In this document: positions 17,166-32,084 of the stretch, piece by piece
Layout: each line of letters starts with the position of its first letter
Numbering within the stretch: position 1 is the stretch's first letter
Source of the DNA: the human T2T-CHM13v2.0 reference genome, Homo sapiens
Reading direction: 5' to 3' (one strand)
Length of the DNA: 64,000 bases
Assembly (NCBI RefSeq): GCF_009914755.1
Contig: NC_060947.1
Notes under the pieces: generated by a model
The model's input: only the letters and a program-made list of their open reading frames with translations
Database searches by the model: none
Told to the model about the DNA's origin: nothing
Made by a program: the position numbers and the translations under genes

Positions 17166-17827
17166 TGAAGCAGGTTGTTCATCTAGGGTGATACCTGAGG
17201 TTTGTTGTCTCCGGCTGAGGAAATCAAGGATGTGGACATACAAGAAGTGAGGTTAAGGGCGGAGGTTTAATAGGTGAAGGAACAAGAAGAGCTCTCTCCT
17301 GCAGAGAGGAGGTTCCGAGTGGGTTTTCTGGTCTGCAGCAAAATGCAATGGGTTTTATAGATGAGCTTGATGAGGTGGTGTCTGATTTACATAGGGTGCA
17401 AGAGATTGGTTGGACCAGGTGTGTCATTTGCATAGGGCACAAAAAAACTGGTTAGGGCTAGGCATGCCATTTGCATAGGGCACCAAAACCTGGCCACCTT
17501 CACCCTAATCTTTTATTATGCAGATGGATTCTCTACCTGGTTGGCACTATGTTGCCTGTTCCTTTAAGGTACACGGTGACAAAAGGGAAGATGGAGCCTC
17601 CATGTTGAACGTGCCTGGCTCCAAGGTAGCCCTTTTCTATTGGCACAGCTGCCGGTATTCACCTGTGCAAGCTTCCAGCTTGCTTATCTAGGTCTGCAGC
17701 ATGATTTTTCAGGCTGCTCTTTGTTAGAAATGATTTTGGAGCTGCTTTTTGTTAAAAGAGAAATTCCGCCGAGGACTCTTTTACCCTCACTATCTGCCTG
17801 AATAATTTCTTTCTAGCTCCTGTATGA
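17166..17827 (-). mobile_element. ERV1 solo LTR, LTR9/MER61-like
   Basis: Minus strand starts ..atacaggagctagaaagaaattattcaggcagatagtgagggtaaaagagtcctcgg; two ATTTGCAT octamers. Confidence 0.7.
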
Positions 17828-18340
17828 ATCCCATCATTCAGGTAGTGAGCATAGTACCCAGGAGGCACTTTCCCAGCCCTGTCGCCTTCCCCTCCTCTCC
17901 CGTCTAGTAGTCCCCAGTGTCTGTGGTTCCCATCTTTATGTCCATGAGTACCCAATGTTTACTTCCCACTTTATAAGTCAGAATATGCCCCATATTTGGT
18001 TCCTGAATTAATTTGCTTAGAATAATGGCCTCCAGCTGCATCTTTGTTGCTACGAAGGACATGATTTTATTCTTTCTTATGGCTGTGTAGTAGTCCATGG
18101 TGTATATGTACCACATTTTCCTTATCCACTCCACATGGATGGGCACCGGGGTTGATTCCGTGTCTTTGCTATTGTGAATAGAGCTGCAATGAACATGTGC
18201 GTGCAGGTGTCTTTATGTTAGAAGAATGTATTTGTCCTTGGGTATATAAACAGTAATGGGATTGCTGGGTCGAATGCTAGTTCTGAGTTCCTTGAGAACT
18301 CTCCAAACTGCTTTTCACTGCAGCGGAGTTAATTTACATC

Positions 18341-18733
18341 TTTCAGACCTCTGAGCCCAAGCTAAGCCATCATATCCCCCGTGACCTGCACTTATACATC
18401 CAGATGGCCTGAAGTAACTGAAGAATCACAAAAGAAGTGAAAATGTTCCTGCCTTAACTGATGACATTACCTTGTGAAATTCCTTCTCCTGTCTCATCCT
18501 GGCTCAAAAGATCCCCCACTGAGCACCTTGTGACCCCCACCCCTGCCAGCCAGAGAACAACCCCCTTTGACTGTAATTTTCCACTACCTACCCAAATCCT
18601 ATAAAACGGCCCCACCCCTGTCTCCCTTTGCTGACTCTTTTCAGACTCAGCCTGCCTGCACCCAGGTGATTAAAAAGCTTTACTGCTCACACAAAGCCTG
18701 TTTGGTGGTCTCTTCACACGGACGTGTGTGAAA
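18341..18733 (+). mobile_element. LTR7-family (HERV-H) solo LTR
   Basis: ctctgagcccaagctaagccatcatatcccc...cctataaaacggccccacccct...ggtggtctcttcacacggacg..gaaa. Confidence 0.92.
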
Positions 18734-19119
18734 ACATTCCCATCAGGAGTGTATTTCTGTGTTTAGCATCCATGCTTTGAGTTTGCCAGAAGATGTTGGA
18801 TTTGATTGTACCCTGGGAGTAGTGGCGCATGTATCTGATTCTTCCACTTTCAAGTTGTTCATTGGAGCTGGAGTTTTACACTAGGCAGTGATGACTGAGG
18901 ACCCCCAGATGAATCTTGGAATTTGATCTCAGAATGTGGCAGAGGCTACATCCCCATGACCCAGCAGGAAGAACATGCCTCCTGCATCCCACGGCTGAGG
19001 AGAAAGTGGCTTTTACAGATAGTTACAGGCACCAATGGTTCTACTTCCCTGAAAAGCTGTGTATTTTTTCCATGTGGTTCTGAAGTATAGTTGCTGGAGG
19101 ATTTGCGTAGACCGAAATG

Positions 19120-19523
<404 letters not shown>

Positions 19524-20462
19524 ATAATTGGGGAATTCCTGGTTACTTTTTTATTCCACGAAAAAGCCTGTTCCCACTGGGGCAATGTGCCAGAGGAAGG
19601 GCAGGTTAGAACTGTAAAGCTTCAAGAAGACCCCCTATATCCTGTGAGTGTCCTTGGTATTCATTCTGCAGGCCATTATCAGTCTTGAGGGGGCTGCTAC
19701 AACATTCTATGGAATGAGAGAGCATTGCTGTGTCAGGAAGTACATACTATTTTTTTCTGCCTCTTTCTCTACCTTAAAAGGATATGCTCAGAATGAGTTG
19801 AAATATGGCCATTTCTTTCCCCTGAAATCGAGAGCCAGTTGTTGACTTGGAATCATTCAATGTCTCCATTTGTTTTGGGTTAGATTGTTTGAATGGAGGA
19901 TTCTACTACCAAACACTCATAAGATGGCTTTGAGCAGAAACAAGGCTGATCAGCCGGTATGTACACAATTCTTGGCTTTACAATATTTCTTGGGACATTC
20001 TTGGGCTTAAAATATGGCCACACCTCTGCAGTGGTAGGTCAAACAGCCTCTGTCCCAGACCTAAGCTCTCTGGATGCCACACCCCAGACTGGGACTCCCA
20101 ATCTCATGGTTCACGCTGGCAATGCCTGACCCAGGACATTATCTTGCCATTGAGACCAGGGTCCTTCTCCTTGGACAGTTCCTGTAACTGTTATTGAGCA
20201 TTTTGAACAGCATTGAATATTTTGTTGAATACTGAATATTTATTGAATATATTGAATATCTTGAATAACAGTCCAAGCAGAAATAAGTATCGGGACACTT
20301 TGTTCTCGTTGACAGTCTCAGGTTTCAGTTCTGGCCATATGAGTCTTGGGTGGTTCATTATTGTGAAGACTCCACAAAGTAAGATGGGTGTATGGTGAAG
20401 AATAATCAAAGGTAAATAAAGGCACCATCTCGAAGTGGACTTGCCATGTTGCATGGAAGCAT

Positions 20463-20718
20463 GAATGTGTTGAGTCTTTTGTTGTTGAAAATGGTTCTAG
20501 GCTGGGCACAGTGGCTCACGCCTATAATCCCAGCACTCTGGGAGGCTGAATGTGTTGAGTCTTCTGTTGTTGAAAATGGTTCTAGGCTGGGCACAGGGGC
20601 TCACGCCTATGATCCCAGCACTTTGGGAGGCCGAATGTGTTGACTCTTTTGTTGTTGAAAATGGTTCTAGGCTGGGCACAGTGGCTCACGCCTATAATCC
20701 CAGCACTTTGGGAGGCTG
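20463..20718. repeat. 85-bp tandem triplication of unique flank plus Alu 5-prime head
   Basis: GAATGTGTTGA...GGTTCTAGGCTGGGCACAGTGGCTCACGCC...GGGAGGC starting at 20463, 20548 and 20633. Confidence 0.95.
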
Positions 20719-20905
20719 AGGTGGGTGGATCACCTAAGGTCAGGAGTTCGAGACCAGCCTGGCCAACATGGCAAAACTGCATCTCTACTAAAAATACAAA
20801 AATTAGCTGGGCATTGTGGTGGGCGCCTGTAATCCCAGCTACTGAGGACGCTGAGGCAGGGAGAATGGCTTGAACCCGGGAGGCGGAGGTTGGGCAACAG
20901 AGCCT
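20669..20905 (+). mobile_element. Alu with right-arm deletion and G-rich tail
   Basis: ggaggttg joined directly to ggcaacagag; followed by GA-rich tract. Confidence 0.8.
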
Positions 20906-21984
20906 CGGGAGGGGAGGAGGGGAGGCGAGAGGGGGAGGGGAGAGGGGAGGAGAGTTCTAGCATCTCCAAGTCTGCCCTTGAGAATGTGGTTTGAGAAGGG
21001 AGGTGGATTCTTTCAGTGGTGTTCACAGAGCAATTGAAACTTTAGATTTCTCAGAGTGAGCTAGTTTACTAAAGCCTACATATCTGAAAACATAAACACT
21101 TCTTCATTAAGGGTGCCCTTTAAGCCAGAAACAAACTCAACCACCAACCACCAAACCCACAAATGAGACAAAACCAAACCAAACCAAAAATCCAACAAAT
21201 AAACAAACAAAAAACTTTCCCTAAGACAAACCACAGAACTTTATTTTGGGAAAAGAAAACATTTTTTTGTTGGTCAAACTATAAGCTCCTATGAAATACT
21301 CTTAGAGATGTTTATCCTGAGCTAGTTTTTTTTGTGGGGAGGTGCTGTTTACATGCTATGTTAAAAATAACACGCAAAAATTCACGAGACATTGATGATG
21401 ATGACGGTTATACAAATAACGAGAATAATGATATTGGCATACATCATGTGAGTGGAAAAAAAAAGTTGATGGTGGTGATGACAATACGATCGAAACTGCT
21501 TTTGCTCCGTGGAAAGCCCTTTGAGATGGGGACCTGGCTGTGCAGTTTGTGGTGTATTTGCCTAAAACGCCATCTGGCTGCTACGTAGAGGAAGAACACT
21601 GTTTGCTTTTCTGGCCTTTGTTTTCATAATTCTTCAATTTCTCTTTATGCTCCTAAAAATTCTACATAATCCCATTTCGAACACTGCATTCATTCTCTTT
21701 TTTTTTCTCTTAGAAAACAATAAGGGTTTTCATTAAGAAGTAAGTCATAAGACTGCAAGAGAACAAATAAAACTCTTAAGAGGTCTCCCTCCCTCCCTCT
21801 CTCTCTGCAGGCTGGGGGTGGAGGATTCAAATGAAATTTTGCTTGAGAAAGTAGCCTGCTCGCTTCAGAAAATTGAATATTTTATTCAAAAAAGGTTAAT
21901 TTTGCAGAACCAATTTGGCACACCTTTACATCATTCACACTACCTTCCCTGCCCCGTTATTTAGAGAACTCTAAGAAACATAAT

Positions 21985-22200
21985 CTATACATGCACACAA
22001 AGTTGGGAACAGTAGATACTAGGGAATACTAGAGGGTGGAGAGATGGAGGGGCCAGGGCTGAAACACTACCTGTGGGGTGCTATGCTCAGTACCTGGGTG
22101 ATGGGATCATCTGCATTCCAAACCTCAGTGTCACATGATATACCCATGAAACAAACCTGTACCTGTACCACTCAAATCTAAAATAAAAGGTAAAATTATA
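21985..22200 (+). mobile_element. L1 3-prime end (L1PB-like)
   Basis: tacctgggtgatgggatcatctg...aaacctgtacctgtacc...aatctaaaataaaag. Confidence 0.8.
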
Positions 22201-22290
22201 TATAAAAAAGGAATATGATCCACAGAATGTATCAGACAAAAGGTGTTTGTTATGGTGGCTAATACACTTGGGGTTCAGAAAGTCAGTGGT

Positions 22291-23800
<1,510 letters not shown>

Positions 23801-24625
23801 CCAGCTTGACCTTTGTTGGTAGAACTACTCAGAAAATATGACCGATTTAGAAATTGGGTGGTGCCAAGTAAACCCCACCCAAACCTATCCCCGCACCAGT
23901 TCTCATCTACCTTTTTCGCGTGTTGGGGAACTAGCAAGGCAGGGGCTGCCGCTCGCGGGGGCTTGGCCTCCCTCACGCAGCTCAGCCTCTGAGCGCAAGG
24001 CACAGGGCTCTCGCGCTACGGCCGCCACCCGCCCCGAGGCCCCGGTCCCCTCCCCTCACCGCCGCACCAGGACAGCGCGGCCAAGAGCCGGGCCTTTCGG
24101 GGGCTGGTGCGGACGTGGCCAGAGATGCCCGAGGAGAAGCAAGAGACCATGGGTATGCGGCGGTCACGGGCCTCTCTGGCCCGGGAGACGGACGTTATGG
24201 CTGGCAGCGTCTCGATACCAAATGTTTCCAGACCATATGCTTGCCGCTTCCCGCACTTGGAAAGACCAATCGTTAGGCCCCAGGATGCAAGACCCACCCA
24301 CTTTGCGATGGAGGCAGCCAATCCAGTTGCTCGTTACTTCCAGTGTCGCAGGCGCCCTTACGAAAGATCCTGTCCAATCGCTACCGGGAACGTCCTCCTA
24401 GTCCCGCCTCAGGGCCATCGCAGAGGCTGTCAATGCCGTCTGACCCCTTTACCCCATTGGCGTACTTCCTTCCGACACCATGACATGCACAGCACCAGGC
24501 CGGGGCGGGTCAATGGCGGTGGCGGAAACGGCGGGCCACTGCGCGAGAACGGGTTACGCGGCTGACGTCCGCCGCAGCAGCCGCTGGGTCCTGGAGGCAG
24601 AAGCCTCCCTGAGAAGCGCACAATA

Positions 24626-25061
<436 letters not shown>

Positions 25062-25494
25062 TCACAGCTCGGCTGGGCTCGGAGTCCGCTCCGCCGTCGC
25101 CTTCCCGCTGGGGCCGGGAAACGCAGCCGCGGAGCCGCACAGCCCTTGCAGCCGGATGAGAGGCCCCGCTGGCCTCAGGACGGTGGTCGGGGCGGCGGGC
25201 GGGGGCATTCGTGCAGCCTTGTGGCCTGCAGGCGCTCCCCGTCGGCAAAGCTGCGCCGCAGGCCTCGGGGCGGGCCTAGGGGCCAATAGGGGGCTCCGGG
25301 GTGGGCCTGGAGGCCTGAGGCCACCGGGGGTCCCCGGGCAGGTGATGGGGGCTTGCGGAGCGGGGGCGCCGACCTCTGACCCACGAGAGGGGCGCCTTCG
25401 CGGTGCTGGTCGTAGTTATTCTCAGCGTCCCTATTATCCGATTTGAAATGAGAGCAGGCGGCTCTCGGGCTCCGAGCCGGAGGGGGCGGGCGAA

Positions 25495-25938
25495 CTGGGA
25501 GCAATGTGTACATTCCACGCCTAGAACCCTGCCGCTGGGCAAATGGAGGCCCGTGTCCCTGCGGTCGCTGCCTGGGAGGGCGCACGAGGTCCCCCAGGCG
25601 AGGTGACCCACAGGAGGTTTTGTGACATTGGGCGGCCCAGTCCTGGGGGTGGTGTGTGCTAGTGGTGGAGGGCGGCCTCCTAGAGGAGCCGTCAGCCTTC
25701 CAGGGAAGGCACCTGGCCGGTCGGGGAGACTCCCCGGGGCTGCGGGGGAAGCTCCACCTCCTCGAGCGCCCCCCGGGGAGACCCAGGACGCAGGGGTAGC
25801 CCTGCGCGGAGTTCTTGGTGGCTCCAGGTGACGCTGTCATAGGACAAAGGGCCCCGGGTGCCGACCTCCTGTGGAGGGCCCTGCCCCGCTGCGGCTGAGG
25901 AGGTCGGCACCCGGAGCCCTTTGTCCTATGACAGCGTC
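25495..25938 (-). pseudogene. Diverged second copy of the PRKX-like intron 1 start (no exon)
   Basis: Collinear similarity to 52268-52682 (tgtacattcc...ccctgccgctgggca...caggcgaggtga...ccctttgtccta.gacagcgtc). Confidence 0.8.
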
Positions 25939-25958
25939 ACCTGGAGCCACCAAGAACT
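25810..25958. repeat. Inverted repeat: 61-bp arms with 1 mismatch, 27-bp spacer
   Basis: 25810-25870 is the reverse complement of 25898-25958. Confidence 0.95.
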
Positions 25959-26832
25959 GGAAGAGGCAGGAAGGAACACCCCCTAGAGCCTCCAGGGGGA
26001 GTCCAGCCCTGCCCACAACTTGATCTCAGATTCCTGGTTTCCAATACTGGAAAGAATAAACTTCTGTTACTTTCAGCCACCCAAATTGTGGTTATTTGCT
26101 TCAGCATCCATAGGAATTTAAAAACTAAGAGGTATGAATTTTATGTTGCTGCCAAAAGGCTTTTTCTAGGACAAGTAGATATTTAACCTAGATAGTTGTA
26201 GCCTTTTCTCGTCTTCATTGGGATCAGAACTCAGTTGATGGCCTCTGTCCTCCTATCTCAATGTTGATTTTACTTTCTCTTTAATCCTGTTCTAAAGCAG
26301 TGACCCTTTTAATATTGCTTAAGTAAATATCAATGTTTTTCTGGTCAGTGTGAGACCAGAAACCTTTTTACTTTGGGTCTGAGAAGGAGAAGTATTTTCC
26401 CTCCTTCTCCTCTTTTTAGAGATGGGGTCTCTCCGCTGCCCAGGCTACAGTGCAGTGGCATAATCCTAGCTCACTGCATCCTCAAACTCCTGGGCTCAAG
26501 TGATCTTCCGGCCTCAGCTTGCTGAAAAGCTGAAACCACAGGTGTGTGCCACTATGCCCTACATATATATATTTTAACTTATTTGTAGAAATGAGGTTTC
26601 ACTATGTTGCCCAGGCTCGTCTCAGACCTCTGATCTCAAGTGTTCCTCCTCTTTGGCCTCCCAAAGCACTGGGATTACAGGTGTGAGCCACCATGCTTTG
26701 GCATGGTGGGGTATGCAGTAGGAGAGCAGGGGTGGTGGTAGTGTCTCCATATGTACTCTCACTAAAACTGGTGTGGGCAGATACTGGATGCCTACTTATT
26801 TAGGGGCATCTAAATTCCTGTGCTAAATTAGA
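25938..26832 (+). repeat. Segmental duplication copy A (paralog of 63078-64000): MLT1 fragment, unique DNA, AluJ
   Basis: Collinear with the window end; identical from 26635 onward at offset 37168. Confidence 0.95.
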
Positions 26833-26904
26833 AAACAGAGGCAGCTCTTGAAAGGAGTGATGGCGTGAAGGAGAGATGCTTGGACCAACCAGCACACAGC
26901 CCTT

Positions 26905-27153
26905 ATAAATAATTGATACCCTTGGTTTTAATGCCACGTCCTCTTCAACAGTTGTTGGTTGAAATGACACGTGATTCCAGGTAAGCTTTTCCAGATAAAT
27001 TGCCCTGGAACTTCAGACTTTGTCAGGTGAATCGATGTGGAATTTCAGAATGGGCTGGAATGTCTAAGATGGGCATGTCCGATATTCAGCTCAGTGTGGG
27101 GAAACTGGTGGCCAGGGCTGGTTGCAAGCTGAGTTGTAGGGGTGACAGTTCAC
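26905..27153 (-). other. Candidate terminal exon with poly(A) signal
   Basis: Minus-strand acceptor GTTTTTTTGTTTCTCAG|GTGAAC at 27154/27153; ATTAAA at 26932-26927. Confidence 0.55.
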
Positions 27154-27235
27154 CTGAGAAACAAAAAAACATGCAAGTCCTGGTTCATGAGGAGTGATTT
27201 CACAAATAGTGACCATGGAAGTCAATGTTGAAAAA

Positions 27236-27870
27236 CAAATAGATTCAGGGCATAAGGGTGCAGGTTTGTTACGTGGATATATTGCCTAGCGGTGGGGATT
27301 GGCCTTCTAACCCCCAAACAGTGAACATAATACCAGATAGGTAATTTTTCCACCCTCATCCCCTCCCACCTTCCCCCTTTTTAAGGTGTCCTGTGTCTGT
27401 TAATGTCATTCTATAGGTCCATGTGTACCCATTTTTTTTAACTCCCACTTATAAGCGAGGACATGTGGTATTTGATTTTCTGTTTGAGTTATTTCACTTA
27501 GGATATTGACCCGCAGCTCCATTTATGTTGCTGCAAAAGATATAGTTTCATTCTTTTTTATAGATGCATAGTATTCCTTGGTGTGTGTATACCACATTTT
27601 CTTCATCCAATGAACATTCAGGTTCATTCCATGATTTTGCTATTGTGAATTGTGCTGTAATAAAAATATAAGTGTAGGTGTCTATTCTGATAATTTCTTT
27701 CCTTTGGGTAGATAACCATTACTGGAGTTGCTGGGTCAAAGGGTAGATCTATTTTTAGTTCTCTGAGAAATCTACATACTGTTTTCTATAGAGATTGTAC
27801 AATTTTACATTCTCACCAACAGTGTATAAGCAAGCGTTCCCTTCTTTGCATTCTCGCCAAGAGGTCAACG
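27236..27870 (-). mobile_element. L1 3-prime end
   Basis: gtgcaggtttgttac...actcccacttataagcgag...ttctctgagaaatctacatactg. Confidence 0.85.
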
Positions 27871-27889
27871 TTTTTCTACAAGACAAAAA

Positions 27890-28012
27890 TGTAGATTGGT
27901 AGATGATAGATAGATCAATGACAGGTAGATGGAATACATAGATGATAGATAATAATAGGTAGGTAGATGATAAATGGAATAGATAGATGGAATAAATGGA
28001 TAGATAGAATAT
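27890..28012. repeat. Degenerate (TAGA)n
   Basis: Direct reading. Confidence 0.8.
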
Positions 28013-28255
28013 AGTAATAAAATGCATCTACCTGAAAATAGAGAAGAAAAAGATTGTGGGACTTTCCACTCTATAACCCTGGAGCAAAGAAAATAGCATT
28101 AATGAAAAAGCAAAGAATGGGAAAGTAAAATTTTTTAGTCAGAACCACCCTTCCAGCAGAAAAGAATAGTGCAAGCAAAATATTAAGCATTTCATATGCA
28201 TTTGTGTAGGCTATGGGAACTATTACAAAAAGGTGGATGTCGCATGTTTCAATGC

Positions 28256-29121
<866 letters not shown>

Positions 29122-30014
29122 TCATTTGGCAGCTGGCTGTTCTGCTTCCTCCTAACATCTCAAAGGACACTGGATGGCCTGAGCTCCCGGGTACCCTGGG
29201 CTGCCCAGTTAGCATTCCCTGGGTGGTGAGAAAAATGCAAATTGTCTCTGCCCTGGAGCTTAAAGACTTCTCTCTGTAGGACCTCAGGAGGTCTTTTATC
29301 AAACTCTGTATTTGCAAGGCGGGAGGATTGCTTGAGCCCAGAAGTTCGAGACTAGCCTGGGCAACCTAGTGGGACTCTGTTTCTACAAAAATCAGCCTGG
29401 CAGGGTGGCACACACCTGTAGTCCCAGCTACTAGGGAGGCTGAGGAGGTAGGATCACTTGAGTCCAGGAGTTTGAGGTTGCTGTGAGCTGTGATTGCACC
29501 AGGTTGCTACATGGGGATGAGAGGAAATAAGAGGGTGAACAGATCTCCTGCTACCGCACATGCCACTTTTGAATTCCCAGCTGGTGTTTGAAGGCTGTGC
29601 AAGGTGTTGGATTGCAGGATGATGGAGACCCAGATCATTGTGAATCCATGACTGTGTGGCCGTTTGCATCGACTCAGCCTTACTGCAGATACTAACCTTC
29701 ATTACCCTCTCCAGCTATGCATTGGTTTTCTGCATACCACTTGGAATTTATGTTGGCTCTGAGTCATCCGACTCTCACATGAGAAAGAACCAAATAATGA
29801 TGTGTTCTTTTAAAAGAATGTGTCTGCATATGGCTTCTTATCTGCCAAGTGTTGCACCTTAGGCATTTATATTGAGAGTTTCAAGATCGTGCCACTGCAC
29901 TCCAGCCTGGGTGACAGAGTGATACCTTGTCCCAAAAAAACAAAAACAAAAACAAAAACAAGATAGGAGCAGACATTTCCAAACAGCTAAAATGTCCTCA
30001 AAGGGAGTTATTGA

Positions 30015-30371
30015 TGTATTAGTCTGTTCTCAATGCTGCTAATAAACACATACCTAATACTGGTAATTTATAAAGGAAAGAGGTTTAATGGATCCACAGT
30101 TCCACATGGCTGGGGAGGCCTCACAATCATGGCAGAAGGCAAAAGAGGAGCAAAGTCACGTCTTACATGGTGGTAGGCAGAAGAATATGTGCAGGGGGAA
30201 CTGCCCTTTATAGAACCATCTTCTGAGACTCATTCACTTATCACAAGAACAGCATGGGAAAAACCCACCCCCATAATTCAGTTAGCTCCCACCAGTTCCC
30301 TTCCACCACATGTGAGGATTATTACAATTCAAGGTGAGATCTGGGTGGAGACACAGAGCCAAACCATATCA
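30015..30371 (-). mobile_element. THE1-type MaLR solo LTR
   Basis: tgtattagtctgttctca...ggctggggaggcctcacaatcatggcagaaggc...acagagccaaaccatatca. Confidence 0.88.
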
Positions 30372-31189
30372 ATTGATAATTAGCAGATTAAAGGGAAAAA
30401 GGCAAATCTGTTGACTAAGACAGCCTTCACGTTTCCCTCAGCTTGACTGTTACACAGTTTTCCTCCCGACCTCCTTGTCTATTTTTTAGTTTTAATTTTT
30501 TTGATACATAATTGATGCACATATGTTGGGGGTACATGTGATTACTAAATACACTCACAATTTGTAAAGATCACATCATTGTGATCAAGATATTCATCAC
30601 CCTACATATTTGCCTTTTCGTTAAGCTAGAAACATTTAAATTCTTATCTTTAGCTATTTTGAAATGTACAATAGATTACTGTAAACTACAGTCACCCTGC
30701 TGATTTATTGAACAGTAGGTCTTATTTCTTTTATCAAACTCTGTATTTGCAAGGCGGGAGGATTGCTTGAGCCCAGGAGTTTGAGACCAGCCTGGGCAAT
30801 CTACTGAGACCCTGTCTCTACAAAAAATACAAAAATCGGCCTGGCATGGTGGCACGCACCTGTAGTCCCAGCTACTGGGGAGGCTGAGGTGGTAGGATCA
30901 CTTGAGCTCAGGAGTTCCAGGTTACTATGAGCTACGATCATATCACTGTACTCCAGTCTGGGCAACAGAGCAGAATTCTGTCTCCAAAAAAACAAAAACC
31001 CCTACTTATTTGTACCCATTAATCAAACTATTTTTATCTCCCTTCCCAGCCTCTGGTAGCTACCAATCTCTATCTCCATGAGATCCAGGTTTTAAGCTCC
31101 CACATGTGAGTGAGAACATGCAGTATTTTTCTTCTGTGCCTGGCTTATTTCACTTAACATAATGACCTCCAGTTCCATCCATCAGGCCT

Positions 31190-31628
31190 CCTTTTTTCAC
31201 GGAGGATTTATTTTAGGAAACTTGCAATTGTGAGTTCTTTCTCTACCTCTTTGAGAGGCAAATCTTCTCCCAAATTTTCTTCTAGCCTCCTCCTAGTTTT
31301 GCAACCCAGGAATGCCTTTCTCAAGACTTCAGAGCCATCCCTTTAAAATGCAATTATTGAAGGAGATGATACATCTGTGTCTCAGTTTTTGTAGAAGGGC
31401 AGATTCCCAGTTTTGAAAAATTCCAATGAGCCAACGCAGATAGCTTTACGGCATTTCCTAACCTCTTCCTGATGTCTCCAGTTCCTTCTCAGCATCTCAC
31501 CCCGGCACTTAAAAACTCCCCAGCCTTTTGTTTCAATGAAGTTAAGCTCCTCTCTTCCGTATTGCAGTAGTCCTGACTGAGTCCTTCCTTGAAGGTTTAA
31601 CTTGTCTGGTGCAATTTTTTCTTTGACA
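31190..31628 (+). mobile_element. ERV1 MER4-group LTR fragment (MER34-like)
   Basis: caacccaggaatgcctttctcaagac...cacttaaaaactccc...tttctttgaca. Confidence 0.5.
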
Positions 31629-32084
31629 ATGTCCAGATCAAATGATCCCATAAAAACATCGAGTGTGATTTTAGCCTGAGAAGGGGGAGGGTGAGAAGAT
31701 AGATTGGGAGGCAGCTGTGTAGGCAGGGGACTTGGCCACTCCCTAAACCTCTCCCAGTCTCACCTGTAAATGGAGTGCATAGGCAGCAGTGCTTCTCCCC
31801 CAAGGCTGGGGCGATGGAATCAGTTAGACTATTGAGGGCATCTGGAAGGGCATCTGTGTCAGGGTTAGTCCTCAGGGTATGGTGGCCAATGGGTTTCTTT
31901 TGGTTGACTGTTGACAATGCGTTTGTTGAATGGCAGCCTGCACTAGGTGACGCTGAAGCCACAGAAGACACTGCAGTGGGAAAACCAGCATGAGCCGCTG
32001 CCCCCAAGGAACCTCGAAGCCCAGGCAGAGGACCAGCCATCCCAGCCCGCAGGTAAAGTGTGTCACCTGTCAGGTGGGCTTGGG

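Larger units (their letters stand above)
17070..18760 (-). mobile_element. L1 3-prime fragment split by two LTR insertions
   Basis: L1 sequence resumes after each LTR (cccatcattcaggtagtgagc; cattcccatcaggagtgta). Confidence 0.75.

Noticed and set aside
20880-20955. Possible SVA hexamer (AGAGGG-like) next to an Alu
   Set aside because: No SVA VNTR or SINE-R sequence; better read as a GA-rich Alu tail
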